Part shown: one piece after another, positions 35,928 to 45,445 of the stretch
Numbering within the stretch: the stretch's first letter is position 1
Layout of the letters: every line of letters starts with the position of its first letter
Virus record (IMG/VR): IMGVR_UViG_3300020182_002648
Location: 82,810-146,809 of that record
Strand: one strand, 5' to 3'
Source: a virus
Length of the DNA stretch: 64,000 bases
The notes under the pieces: model-generated
The model's database searches: none
The model's input: the letters and a program-made list of their open reading frames with translations, nothing else
Told to the model about the DNA's origin: nothing
Translations under genes and position numbers: made by a program

Positions 35928-36923
35928 ATGAGTCAAATCTTAGGCAAAGAATCCGCAGGAGTAAATCAAATACTCCCACACAAAAACAAATGGGCTTGGG
36001 ACCTGTATCGTTCTGGAAAGAACAACAATTGGACACCTGAAGAAGTGCCTATGACCAAGGATGTACAGAACTGGAAGAAGAGTGATGTTATCTCTGATAA
36101 TGAAAGACTGCTCATCAAGAGATGTCTAGGGTTTTTTGCTGGTAGTGAGAGTTTGGTAGGTAACAACTTGTTCACATTGTTCAAGTATATAACGGATGCT
36201 GAATGTCGGCAGTACTTGAGCAGGCAGATGTATGAGGAGTGTTTACATAATGATACAATCGTGTATATTTGTGATTCACTTGATCTGGATATTACTGAGG
36301 TATATCAAGCATATGAAAATATTCCTAGCATCAAGGCTAAAGATGATTTTCTCATGAATGTAACAGGTGACTTGGTTAACAATCCAGTTGACACGAGCAC
36401 ACCTGAAGGAGTGAGAGAAGTTATCAAAGCAGCGTTCATATACTGGATTGTATGTGAGGGTACATTTTTCTTCAGCGGATTCGCCATGCTGCTGGCATTA
36501 TCGGACAAGATTCCTGGAATCGCTGAGCAAATTCAATACACATTGAGAGATGAGAGTATACACATCAAGTTTGGCACAATGCTTCTCAACAAGATCAGAG
36601 AACAACATCCAGACGTGTGGGACGCTAAGCTAGATGAAGAGTTGACAGGATATCTCAAGAGTGCTGTAGAGTTGGAGATAAACTACGCTAAAGACGCTCT
36701 CCCCTCAGGGATCCTAGGTTTAAACTCTGACATGTTCGTTGATTACATGCAACATATTGCAAATCGTAGATTGTCCGGATTAGGCATGGATTTCCGGTAT
36801 GAAAAGGACGAGAATCCGTTTCCTTGGTTGAGTGAAGTGATAGATTTGAGCAAACAAAAGAACTTCTTTGAATCAAAGGTTACAGAGTATCAAAACTCTG
36901 GTGCTCTCGACGACGACTTTTAG
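35928..36923 (+). CDS. nrdB: ribonucleotide reductase beta subunit, class Ic-type (Mn/Fe)
   Basis: WTPEEV, FFAGSESLVGNN, EECLHNDTI, EGTFFFSGF, DESIH, KNFFESKVTEY. Confidence 0.93.
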   Translation: MSQILGKESAGVNQILPHKNKWAWDLYRSGKNNNWTPEEVPMTKDVQNWKKSDVISDNERLLIKRCLGFFAGSESLVGNNLFTLFKYITDAECRQYLSRQMYEECLHNDTIVYICDSLDLDITEVYQAYENIPSIKAKDDFLMNVTGDLVNNPVDTSTPEGVREVIKAAFIYWIVCEGTFFFSGFAMLLALSDKIPGIAEQIQYTLRDESIHIKFGTMLLNKIREQHPDVWDAKLDEELTGYLKSAVELEINYAKDALPSGILGLNSDMFVDYMQHIANRRLSGLGMDFRYEKDENPFPWLSEVIDLSKQKNFFESKVTEYQNSGALDDDF

Positions 36924-36974
36924 AAATACGTATACTTTTCGGTAGCGCAACCGACTTTTCGATTAAATAATTAT

Positions 36975-38192
36975 ATGATCGAGAAAATAAAGAATATACT
37001 TAAATTTAAAAATGATGTAAGCCTGCCTGACATAGAGGTCAACGAGGTGTCACAGACTTTATCTCAATCCATTGGATGGGGATTAACACAAAACAACATA
37101 CCACGGGCTTGGACAGAGTCTAAGGGCAAAGGAGTTGTCGTGGCTGTGATTGACACAGGCATGCCCATTCATCCAGATATAGGGGACAATGCTATTGAAG
37201 GTAAATCCTTCATACCTGGTGAGAACATATATGACAACCATGGACATCAAACTCATTGCGTTGGTATCATATGTGCCAAGAATAATGAGTTTGGAATGGT
37301 CGGAGTTGCTCCGGAATCTAAATGTGTTTGTATCAAGGGATTGAGCAACAGTGGCAGTGGCAGTTCTAAAGGAATCGCAGATGCACTAGATTATTGTTTG
37401 GAAATCAAGCCGGATATCGTGAGCATGAGTCTAGGTAGTTCCAGAGCAGACCCAGCCATGCATGAGGCTATCAAGCGACTGGTCAAGGCTGGTATAGTTG
37501 TAGTATGCGCCGCTGGCAATAGCGCTGCAGCTGGTGTCAATTATCCTGGAGCATTTCCAGAGACTATAGCTATTGGTTCACATGAAGTTGATGGTAAGCT
37601 GTCATGGTTTAGTAGTGTAGGTACTCAAGTCGATTGGGCTGCACCTGGAGGTAAAATATACAGCACGTACACCAAAGGACGATATGCAGAGCTGAGCGGA
37701 ACTTCAATGGCATGTCCATTTGTAGCTGGTGTTCTAGCTCTATTGATATCTAAATGGAAGAAGGACGGTAGAGAATACACTGTGGATGATGTTTGGTTGT
37801 CGTTACTTTCCAATACTATAGACAAGTTTACACCTGGTGAAGACAATCACTTTGGTAATGGCATCATTGATGTGTTGTCTCTTTTAGATGCTGGGCCGGA
37901 ACCTGAACCAACACCGGAACCTGAACCAACACCGGAACCAACACCGGAACCAACACCGGAACCAACACCGGAACCTGAACCAACACCGGAACCAAAACCC
38001 GGGGTATGGATGAGACAACGGACATGGGTTACTATTGGGTTGTTTTTACTAACCACAATAGGCATACTGTCACTAATAAATCACCACATGTCTATTGACG
38101 TTCTAGAAGAGATCGATTGGGATCAACGACTAGAGGAGGACTTGGAGAGCAGAGGACTAACGGAAGAGCAATGGCGCTCTATGAGGCGTTAA
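36975..38192 (+). CDS. subtilisin-like S8 protease with Pro-Glu-Pro-Thr linker and C-terminal TM anchor
   Basis: VIDTG, HGHQTHCVG, AAGN, GTSMACP; ATTAAATA 5 nt upstream. Confidence 0.92.
   Translation: MIEKIKNILKFKNDVSLPDIEVNEVSQTLSQSIGWGLTQNNIPRAWTESKGKGVVVAVIDTGMPIHPDIGDNAIEGKSFIPGENIYDNHGHQTHCVGIICAKNNEFGMVGVAPESKCVCIKGLSNSGSGSSKGIADALDYCLEIKPDIVSMSLGSSRADPAMHEAIKRLVKAGIVVVCAAGNSAAAGVNYPGAFPETIAIGSHEVDGKLSWFSSVGTQVDWAAPGGKIYSTYTKGRYAELSGTSMACPFVAGVLALLISKWKKDGREYTVDDVWLSLLSNTIDKFTPGEDNHFGNGIIDVLSLLDAGPEPEPTPEPEPTPEPTPEPTPEPTPEPEPTPEPKPGVWMRQRTWVTIGLFLLTTIGILSLINHHMSIDVLEEIDWDQRLEEDLESRGLTEEQWRSMRR
37896..37994 (+). repeat. 12/18-bp tandem repeat encoding PEPT/PEPEPT
   Basis: Repeated ccggaacc(tgaacc)aaca units. 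Confidence 0.9.
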
Positions 38193-38688
38193 GAGAGTCT
38201 TTTTTGATAATTTTAAGTGCTGCTTCGCGATCTAACCAGTCGTGAACCAGCACTTGTTTGTTGGACAAATCCTTGTAGTGTTGAAAGAAATTCTTAGTCA
38301 CATCTAAGAATAACCGGCTGACTTGATGTATGTCGGTTTTTCTTTTAACTGCGGATGTAGGCACGCCTAAGATCTTGTAATCCTTATCACCATCGTCATC
38401 CATATCTAACACTCCTATCACGCGACACTCTACTAATGTGGTTCTCTCTATGGGAGCATTAGCATACACCAGGATGTCTAGTGGGTCGCCATCAGCACCT
38501 AATGTGTTAGGTATAAACCCGTAATTGGCAGGGTAGACCATGGCGCTCGTTAAGCATCTATCCAGTCTAAATATCTCTAAATCTTTATCATATTCATACT
38601 TCGTACTGGTTCCTTTGGGTATCTCTACAATAGCGTTTACTATGTCCGGGGAGTCCTTATGTAGGGGAATCTTGTACAGGTTTATCAT
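38179..38688 (-). CDS. ppa: family I inorganic pyrophosphatase
   Basis: EIPKG, KYE, YPANYGFIP, DGDPLD, DKDYK; CATAAATA 5 nt upstream. Confidence 0.95.
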   Translation of the reverse strand: MINLYKIPLHKDSPDIVNAIVEIPKGTSTKYEYDKDLEIFRLDRCLTSAMVYPANYGFIPNTLGADGDPLDILVYANAPIERTTLVECRVIGVLDMDDDGDKDYKILGVPTSAVKRKTDIHQVSRLFLDVTKNFFQHYKDLSNKQVLVHDWLDREAALKIIKKDSLNAS

Positions 38689-38723
38689 GTGATTATTTAT
38701 GATAGTGTTGTGTGATTAAATAC

Positions 38724-38754
38724 AAAAAAGCCTGCCAACTTTCGCTGACAGGCT
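38724..38754 (-). terminator. rho-independent terminator
   Basis: AGCCTGTCAGC-GAAA-GTTGGCAGGCT followed by T run, downstream of the OMP gene. Confidence 0.85.
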
Positions 38755-38781
38755 AGATATTTTTAGCTCTTATTCCATCAA

Positions 38782-39441
38782 TTAGAAGTCCATGGACAGT
38801 CCAACTGATACAATAGTTTCCCCATCGACGTCTTCTGCATCAATGTAATCGACTCCCAAGTTACCCTTGAGATCACCAACGACCACACGTGAAGCACCCA
38901 GACCAGCAATGAAGTAGTCTCGGTCGAGTGTTTTGGTCACTTCAGTCCGTCCAACACCAGCTCCAACCGTCAATGCGGCAAGGTCAGTGTCGAACGTGTG
39001 ACTGATTCCAAGCTCAGTAGTATACAACTCATCGTCGAGATTGTAAAACACTGTAACTGTTGGTGACAATACTACATCAGCTGACAAACCAATGAACAAT
39101 TCACCAACTGACGCTCCGTCTACTTGCTCACGGTGAGTGTACCCACCAGTTGCAGCTAACAGACCGTCAAGGAAGGTTGATGACACACCTCCGACGAATT
39201 CATACGTATCACTCGTGCCTGCTAGAGGTGAGCTCATGAATCCGGAGAAGTACGCTCCGATATTATCAGAGACATCCCCTTGGACACCTAGTTGAGTTTG
39301 GATTGCTTCAGAAGACACGAGAGCACCACGATAAATGTAGTCGGACTTGTACCCCGTGCTAATATTACCAGACAGCTCTCCTGCCGTTACGTTATTGATT
39401 AAGCTGCAAAGCAGCGTTAGAATAGTTAATTTAACTTTCAT
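38782..39441 (-). CDS. outer-membrane beta-barrel protein (TorF/Gcw_chp-like)
   Basis: Signal peptide, SDYIYRG, alternating beta strands, C-terminal Phe; promoter 39448..39476. Confidence 0.75.
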   Translation of the reverse strand: MKVKLTILTLLCSLINNVTAGELSGNISTGYKSDYIYRGALVSSEAIQTQLGVQGDVSDNIGAYFSGFMSSPLAGTSDTYEFVGGVSSTFLDGLLAATGGYTHREQVDGASVGELFIGLSADVVLSPTVTVFYNLDDELYTTELGISHTFDTDLAALTVGAGVGRTEVTKTLDRDYFIAGLGASRVVVGDLKGNLGVDYIDAEDVDGETIVSVGLSMDF

Positions 39442-39483
39442 GCCATTATTATAATGGCTTCTGAAGCTAATGGCAACTGTTAC

Positions 39484-39600
39484 CTACTCTCCAAATTTGT
39501 ACCCGAAACAATCTTCATCTATCACACTTTCATAAAACCCCAATAAACTATTAAGTTCTGAGCATAATCCACGTATTGTGAGTTTGTATGTATAATTCAT
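39484..39600 (-). pseudogene. 38 aa chimeric remnant (GT-like start, sulfotransferase-like end)
   Basis: MNYTYKLTIRGLCSELNSLLG...DCFGYKFGE*. Confidence 0.45.
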
Positions 39601-40256
39601 TTCTCTAAAATTATTCTCATTAATACAGGGTTATCATCTTTGTAGATAGATAAATCGTCTTGCTCGTTGAAATAAAGCAATTTAAATCCAAGAGATAGAA
39701 CTGTATTTAAGAACTTTTGTGAATCTACGAATCTACGAGTATGTCCATCATTAAAATATGTTGTGTCACATATATGCTCACCCACTCCGAATTTTGTATC
39801 TTTGGTTGTGCGAACTTCAATACAAAACAAACCCTCTCCCCTTAAACATTCGAATACTTTGGTTAATAGTCTATCTTGCTCTTCTGATGTAATTGAATGA
39901 ATAGTGAACCGAGAATAAAACACATCAATTGGTAACAGGTCTGGATGATATTCATTTGTATGTTTATCATCTGAGTGATGCGAGGGTTTGATAAAATCAT
40001 CCACAAGAAACTGTAGTCTATGGTGAGCTTTGCCTTCTTTAACTGAAGAATCTATAGACTGATCAACAGCCAGAACATCATGACCTAATTTAGCGAAATA
40101 AAACGAGTCTCTTGCATTTCCACACCCTAAGTCCACGATTGATCGCTGATGTTTAAAAAAGTTTTCTTCGCAAAATTTAGCAAAAGTGCTACATTCAGAT
40201 ATATCCTCTCTAAACGAGTGATCTCTATAAAATTTATTCCAGTATTGTTTGTCCAT
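39597..40256 (-). CDS. class I SAM-dependent methyltransferase
   Basis: IVDLGCGNARD, AVDQS, YSRFTIH. Confidence 0.9.
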   Translation of the reverse strand: MDKQYWNKFYRDHSFREDISECSTFAKFCEENFFKHQRSIVDLGCGNARDSFYFAKLGHDVLAVDQSIDSSVKEGKAHHRLQFLVDDFIKPSHHSDDKHTNEYHPDLLPIDVFYSRFTIHSITSEEQDRLLTKVFECLRGEGLFCIEVRTTKDTKFGVGEHICDTTYFNDGHTRRFVDSQKFLNTVLSLGFKLLYFNEQDDLSIYKDDNPVLMRIILEK

Positions 40257-40843
40257 TATCGTTTTCCGTGTCTAGTATGAGCATGCTTGTCTTTTATTGG
40301 TGTGCGCCAATCACTACCATAAAGTTTCTGAAAATAAACCTCTGGATTTACTGGGCATGCAAACTCTCTATTGTTGAAGCTCACTGTGTTATTTTTTGAG
40401 AAATCCGCAGGTGTCAAAGTGCCAAAAGACGGATGATTGATTAAGTTTTCTGATTCCGTATTTTCTTTTTCATAGAAATAAATATCTATATAATCCCCGC
40501 CACGAGTGAATGAGGTAATCAAAGGGAGCAACCTAGTTAGTATCAGCTTATTTTCTTTCATCTTTTCTACGATTTTGATAAGCTCCTCCTCATTATCAAT
40601 CCATACAGCTATATCTGTATCCGTATCATGCTCGATAAGGTTTCCATCTCTGTATATCCCCAGTAGAGTACCAAATACAATACAATACTTGACTTCAAGA
40701 TGTTCAAAGATATCAACCGTGGTTAACAGGTTGGATGTTGACTGTTGTATATTGATTGGAGTTCCGGGCTGGTTAGGATGATTTGAGAACCGATTTTGCC
40801 CGGTGATTCGAGGGTACTTACGTTTGATTTTATTTATTTTCAT
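40256..40843 (-). CDS. LicD-family nucleotidyl/phosphotransferase
   Basis: FGTLLGIYRD...HDTDTDI, YG.DW.TP. Confidence 0.88.
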   Translation of the reverse strand: MKINKIKRKYPRITGQNRFSNHPNQPGTPINIQQSTSNLLTTVDIFEHLEVKYCIVFGTLLGIYRDGNLIEHDTDTDIAVWIDNEEELIKIVEKMKENKLILTRLLPLITSFTRGGDYIDIYFYEKENTESENLINHPSFGTLTPADFSKNNTVSFNNREFACPVNPEVYFQKLYGSDWRTPIKDKHAHTRHGKR

Positions 40844-40853
40844 TTTATAAATT

Positions 40854-41015
40854 TTACATTTTTGTTATAATCCCATGCATTTTGTTTTTGCAGTGAGTCT
40901 TGTTTGTTGTTTTGGGAGTATCTAATTGTAATCCAGTTTTTTTAGCCAGCACATATGCAGCTGCATATTGTATCAGTCGGTTTCCAAGGCGACCTCGATA
41001 TTTCATATCAATCAT
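40854..41015 (-). pseudogene. truncated GT11 alpha-1,2-fucosyltransferase-like remnant (53 aa)
   Basis: MIDMKYRGRLGNRLIQYAAAY = GT11 motif I, then early stop. Confidence 0.6.
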
Positions 41016-41980
41016 AACTTGCTATCTAATCCTTTTAAACTTAAAATTTCAGTAGATATAAATTTATTATCAATTTTATTTATATCAAAATCATTTTTAT
41101 ATATTTCCACGAGCTTTGCTAACAGAAACTCCGAGAATCCATATGCAGCACAATTGTGTTTAAAGAACATATCATGAAATTTGCGAATATTGTTCTTCAT
41201 ATACAATACACGTTCTTTGTCTTCTAATAACAATGTAACTTGTTGATGTATATGTTCCATGCTATGTTCTCGTAAATCAAATCTTAACACGTAATCGTCG
41301 ACATTCGTAAATATATTTTCCCAGCCATAGTCATTCATAGAATTGATCATAATCGGAATACACCCACATCTTATTACATCAAAAAATGTATGTGTCCAAA
41401 TTCTATCACCACGTAACATATACACGACATCTGATTTGGATAAATTATTTAAATAAGTTTCATATGTTCCTGTTTTGAATCCATCTCTGTAGATCTTCTC
41501 TTTAAATAAAGAAACATCGAATCTTTTGTCATCTACTTTGTTGTAAAAAGAAAGAACGTTACCTCGTGTTTCATGAGTGTTGTTACCAGACCAAAAAACT
41601 TTATTGTGAAAAGTTTCATTTTTAATTGTTTTATTGTCGCCAAACTTAGGGCCGAGAGGAGTCGGTATGACATAAGGAATATCGCATAAATCGTTTGTTG
41701 AAAAACAAAAGTTACTAAAGTTTGGACGAGGTGAAATTGCATTATCAACACAAAATCCTTCACGGCACTTCAACAAACTTAAGTTTACATATTTGCGAGG
41801 ATTGCGAAGAATAGAAACCTCATTGGGTTTTACTTTGTTTGAATCATATGCATGCCAGTGCTTTTCCGTAAAATACAAATCGGCATCTTTAGATGAGCCA
41901 TCAACGAAATTGATTTTTTTATGAAAAGTGTCGCAAAACCGGTTTTGCTTTAATCCAAAATCTGTTGCTATTGTTATCAT
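41012..41980 (-). CDS. exostosin/GT47-like glycosyltransferase
   Basis: FWSG...R, Y...L..S....LRGD, FFDVIRCGCIP. Confidence 0.7.
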   Translation of the reverse strand: MITIATDFGLKQNRFCDTFHKKINFVDGSSKDADLYFTEKHWHAYDSNKVKPNEVSILRNPRKYVNLSLLKCREGFCVDNAISPRPNFSNFCFSTNDLCDIPYVIPTPLGPKFGDNKTIKNETFHNKVFWSGNNTHETRGNVLSFYNKVDDKRFDVSLFKEKIYRDGFKTGTYETYLNNLSKSDVVYMLRGDRIWTHTFFDVIRCGCIPIMINSMNDYGWENIFTNVDDYVLRFDLREHSMEHIHQQVTLLLEDKERVLYMKNNIRKFHDMFFKHNCAAYGFSEFLLAKLVEIYKNDFDINKIDNKFISTEILSLKGLDSKL

Positions 41981-41981
41981 A

Positions 41982-42701
41982 TTATAGTAATTTATTTAAG
42001 AAATCATCATATTGTTGTATAAAAGGAAATTCACTCAATAATTTGCTCTGTTCCTCATTGCTGAGTTTTTTCTTCCACTCATAAATGTCTGTGGTTCTTT
42101 TGTGAGATTTTAACTTACCCGCTTCGATTAAATCGCTTTTATCTTCAATCGGTGCGAAAGAGTATTTCCATTTCTCGTAAGTTTTATCGTATACAGAAGC
42201 CATGTCAAGAGTTTGTAACAACTCTTTTAAAAATTCACTAAAATTACCTATCATGAACTCATACGGTAATATAACTTTGTTGGTTGCCGGCAAGTTCCAA
42301 AATTTTTCAATTTTCTTTGAATTAATGGGGGTAACTCTATTGATATAATTCGCAAGTCCTTCTTTTTGAATTTTTTGCCGTTTCGACTCAAATTGTTCTT
42401 GTGTAAAACCAGCAGGGCACTTATGAGTGTATCCGAACGAATAAAACATAGATATGGTAATACCAATAGGATTGCGAGGTATGAAAATAAAATTGTCATT
42501 AGCGAGATTAACACCAACAAGTTTTGCCGGATTTGCTGGATTGATCAATCGCTCAAATCGCAACTTCATTAAGCCTGAATCATTATTAACCACAATATCT
42601 TCTCCCACTTTGATTCGCGGAAGATCGAAAACACTCTTCAAAATTTTTGAAACTATTGTTGATCCGCACTTGTGCGGTGCATGTATTATATATTTTTTCA
42701 T
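41982..42701 (-). CDS. sulfotransferase domain protein
   Basis: HAPHKCGST 5'-PSB, RNP...SMFY 3'-PB, YE; likely start 42701. Confidence 0.75.
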   Translation of the reverse strand: MKKYIIHAPHKCGSTIVSKILKSVFDLPRIKVGEDIVVNNDSGLMKLRFERLINPANPAKLVGVNLANDNFIFIPRNPIGITISMFYSFGYTHKCPAGFTQEQFESKRQKIQKEGLANYINRVTPINSKKIEKFWNLPATNKVILPYEFMIGNFSEFLKELLQTLDMASVYDKTYEKWKYSFAPIEDKSDLIEAGKLKSHKRTTDIYEWKKKLSNEEQSKLLSEFPFIQQYDDFLNKLL

Positions 42702-42747
42702 TTTTGTTTTTTTTTCGTTCCCTAAGAAAGTATACTTTTTTATTTTG

Positions 42748-43380
42748 CTAAAATTTATATCCAAAGTAATTTATGTCCCACTCAAATAATTTTGAAACCT
42801 TTTCTTTGGTCTCGTCGTTGTAGTATTTTCTATAATCATATTCTACCCGGTTAGTATTATGCTTTTGGTGTGAGAGATTATAATCAACAATTCCCAGTTT
42901 ATTAAAAACGACCTTCGCATCGTGTTCTATGTTTTCTTGTCTTATGAAGTGATCTATACATAGTTCGTTGTTATAATGAAACATTGATTTATATGTGTTG
43001 TTACGGGTAAAATGATCTCTCTCTAGATTATGACAAACCCAATCATTAAATGTAGATGTTACTCCACGATGAACCGATATATGATGGTAAAAAGAGACAA
43101 CCCTATCAAAAGGATTTCTTATAACTGTAAATATATACCATTCCTTTCTTTTAAAACAATCTTCAGAATACCTGTCATTAATAAATTTAACAAATTGAGG
43201 TAGTGCTCCATGTACAGATAGATAATAATTTATGCCTTCGTTAGATAAATCCATACCAAACGGCTCTAGTTCTTTATTTCCATCGAAGGATCCATACTGA
43301 CGTCGCAATACCGCCCTAACACTTGTACCAGCACATTTAGGTGGATGTATGAACATGAATTTTTCTGAATTATTAATCAT
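42748..43380 (-). CDS. sulfotransferase family 2
   Basis: FIHPPKCAGTS, RNPFDRVVSFY, DINYFGYKF. Confidence 0.9.
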   Translation of the reverse strand: MINNSEKFMFIHPPKCAGTSVRAVLRRQYGSFDGNKELEPFGMDLSNEGINYYLSVHGALPQFVKFINDRYSEDCFKRKEWYIFTVIRNPFDRVVSFYHHISVHRGVTSTFNDWVCHNLERDHFTRNNTYKSMFHYNNELCIDHFIRQENIEHDAKVVFNKLGIVDYNLSHQKHNTNRVEYDYRKYYNDETKEKVSKLFEWDINYFGYKF

Positions 43381-44195
43381 TGATCATCAGTTATAATTCT
43401 ATCAAGCTCATTACCTTTTACACTTAAGTCAACATATCTGTCTGGTTGTTGGGTAGCTCTACTGCTATAATGACCAAATATATCGTCATAATTTGTTTCA
43501 GCTATAAGTTCTAGACCATCTTCTTTCCACCTATCAATCCAGAAAAAATCTTCATGAGTAAATTCATGTGCATATGCTCCCATCACATTATATTCAGACA
43601 TAATAGGTAAATCTTTTAATACATCCACAAGAGGGGTACTCTCATTGATTCCTTCAATGTACTCTCGTACCAGTTTGCTTAAGTTCTTCGGATATACTAG
43701 AGGCATCCTGAACATGAATTCAAACTCGACATTAAAATTAAGAATTTCTGATGTAGTGTCTTGCCATCTCTTGACCCCTTCAATAGGATGTCCAATTTTT
43801 TGTAAGCGAGGTAATAATTTGCTGTATCTATTTTTTACTAAAAGAGGCTTATTGTTTTTAAAAAATCTATCTGGTGTATGCTCTTTTTTAAATAAGCTAT
43901 CTGCATCAATATGACATATGTAATCAGTGTCAGTCGGGACATACAGGTCACTTAATAATTTCATATATTGCTGCCGCACATATCCCCTTTTAACGTGTTT
44001 CGCTTCTTTGTTTATGAAATATTTTTGTTCTATTGAATCAAGGTAACGCTGTGTTTCAATGCAATCATTTTCATGGTCGTCTATAATTACCACGTTATCA
44101 TGATATCCTTTACAAAACTTTTTGATGGACTTGAGGTTGTACTTTAAGAACTCAAGGTCCTTATCGTAAGTTATTGTAACGATGGAAGTTTTCAT
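43377..44195 (-). CDS. GT-A fold glycosyltransferase (DUF6492-like)
   Basis: GYVRQQYMKL, HIDAD, SEYNVMG. Confidence 0.7.
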   Translation of the reverse strand: MKTSIVTITYDKDLEFLKYNLKSIKKFCKGYHDNVVIIDDHENDCIETQRYLDSIEQKYFINKEAKHVKRGYVRQQYMKLLSDLYVPTDTDYICHIDADSLFKKEHTPDRFFKNNKPLLVKNRYSKLLPRLQKIGHPIEGVKRWQDTTSEILNFNVEFEFMFRMPLVYPKNLSKLVREYIEGINESTPLVDVLKDLPIMSEYNVMGAYAHEFTHEDFFWIDRWKEDGLELIAETNYDDIFGHYSSRATQQPDRYVDLSVKGNELDRIITDDQ

Positions 44196-44506
44196 TTTTT
44201 ATTTTTTTTGTAGTCTGTTAATTTTACTTGCATACGTGATGCTATTGATGTGATTATTAATATCATTTTTTGCAGACCCTTATCATCTTCGTAACAATTG
44301 TATAATACTCTTAGTAAATCGCACACAACCTTCGGGTTTTCCGGGGATATTTTATCCCTGTTTTGAAGGTGTAATAGACACCATTTTAGTCTTTCTTCGT
44401 CATGTTTTGTAGTGCCACGTAGATTAACTTCACCGGTAATTATACTATCAGCGAACTGCTTAAGTTGCTCTTTTGTTTTTATTTTTGTTATATCGATTGT
44501 CTTCAT
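44192..44506 (-). CDS. hypothetical protein
   Basis: ATGA-coupled ORF. Confidence 0.55.
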   Translation of the reverse strand: MKTIDITKIKTKEQLKQFADSIITGEVNLRGTTKHDEERLKWCLLHLQNRDKISPENPKVVCDLLRVLYNCYEDDKGLQKMILIITSIASRMQVKLTDYKKNKK

Positions 44507-44521
44507 AAATGTAATGATGTT

Positions 44522-45445
44522 TCAAGAATTACAATATCTCTCCCATAATTTTCTGTCCCAATATGTGCGGTCAAGAAAAGTTTGTTGTGTCTGATCGTCA
44601 AGTTCGTTGAATTCAAGTTTGATCTTGTTAGGTGTGTTGTTCCGCCAAACATCAACAACCTCTACCTCCACATCTGATCTCATGACACCGTATGCTCCGT
44701 GAAACACCTGGTCAATCAATTGGTCTGTGTTTTGTATGCTTTTGACTATCCAATGCCTCAAGTATTGATCACATGCGGTCAGGTGTTTAGGTTCAATTAT
44801 GGTATCATCTGATAGATTCAACAAATTGCGAATGAACCAGCTGTCCTCTAGTTCATCTGAGTTGATATACTTGATGAAATCTTCTGCTTGAATGGCTCCA
44901 TGATTTGGTTCATGTGCGCTGGCATCTGTGGTCAAATAGTTGTACATCGATTGAGTTCTGCTCCATGGATCTCTCAGGATGGTGAAATTGAGCAGATGTT
45001 CACGTCCAGTGGCTTGTTGAATCAATTGCAAGGCTTGTCTGTGCTGACTGTAACCATGAGAGTAATCATCTGGCATGTTTGAAGCACCATCACCCACTGG
45101 ATCGACACTCACAGAAAAAACCTCAATCTCACCAGATTCAATCGCCTCAACAAAATGTACTATATCCACCCAATCGGAATTTCCGTCTCCACTTGGGTTG
45201 CTTTTGAAGTGTTCATTGTTGATATGTACATCTGTCGGAGTGTATATCACGCAGGTCAATTGCTTGTGACCTCCTACGTTCACAATACTTCTTCGAATTC
45301 GATCAGACGTCCAACCCGGGACAGATCTAGATCCCATCTCTATACTGTACACACGACACAACATCATCATCCAACCCAAAGTGTACGTACCGGCGTTTTT
45401 TGCTATGTGGTAGAACACTGGAAGTAGTGATGGTGATGAATTCAT
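44522..45445 (-). CDS. sulfotransferase family protein
   Basis: FYHIAKNAGT, LRDPWSRTQSMYNY, D.KLW. Confidence 0.8.
   Translation of the reverse strand: MNSSPSLLPVFYHIAKNAGTYTLGWMMMLCRVYSIEMGSRSVPGWTSDRIRRSIVNVGGHKQLTCVIYTPTDVHINNEHFKSNPSGDGNSDWVDIVHFVEAIESGEIEVFSVSVDPVGDGASNMPDDYSHGYSQHRQALQLIQQATGREHLLNFTILRDPWSRTQSMYNYLTTDASAHEPNHGAIQAEDFIKYINSDELEDSWFIRNLLNLSDDTIIEPKHLTACDQYLRHWIVKSIQNTDQLIDQVFHGAYGVMRSDVEVEVVDVWRNNTPNKIKLEFNELDDQTQQTFLDRTYWDRKLWERYCNS

Noticed and set aside
36939-36959. Terminator after nrdB
   Set aside because: Only a 5-bp stem and short T run; too weak to call
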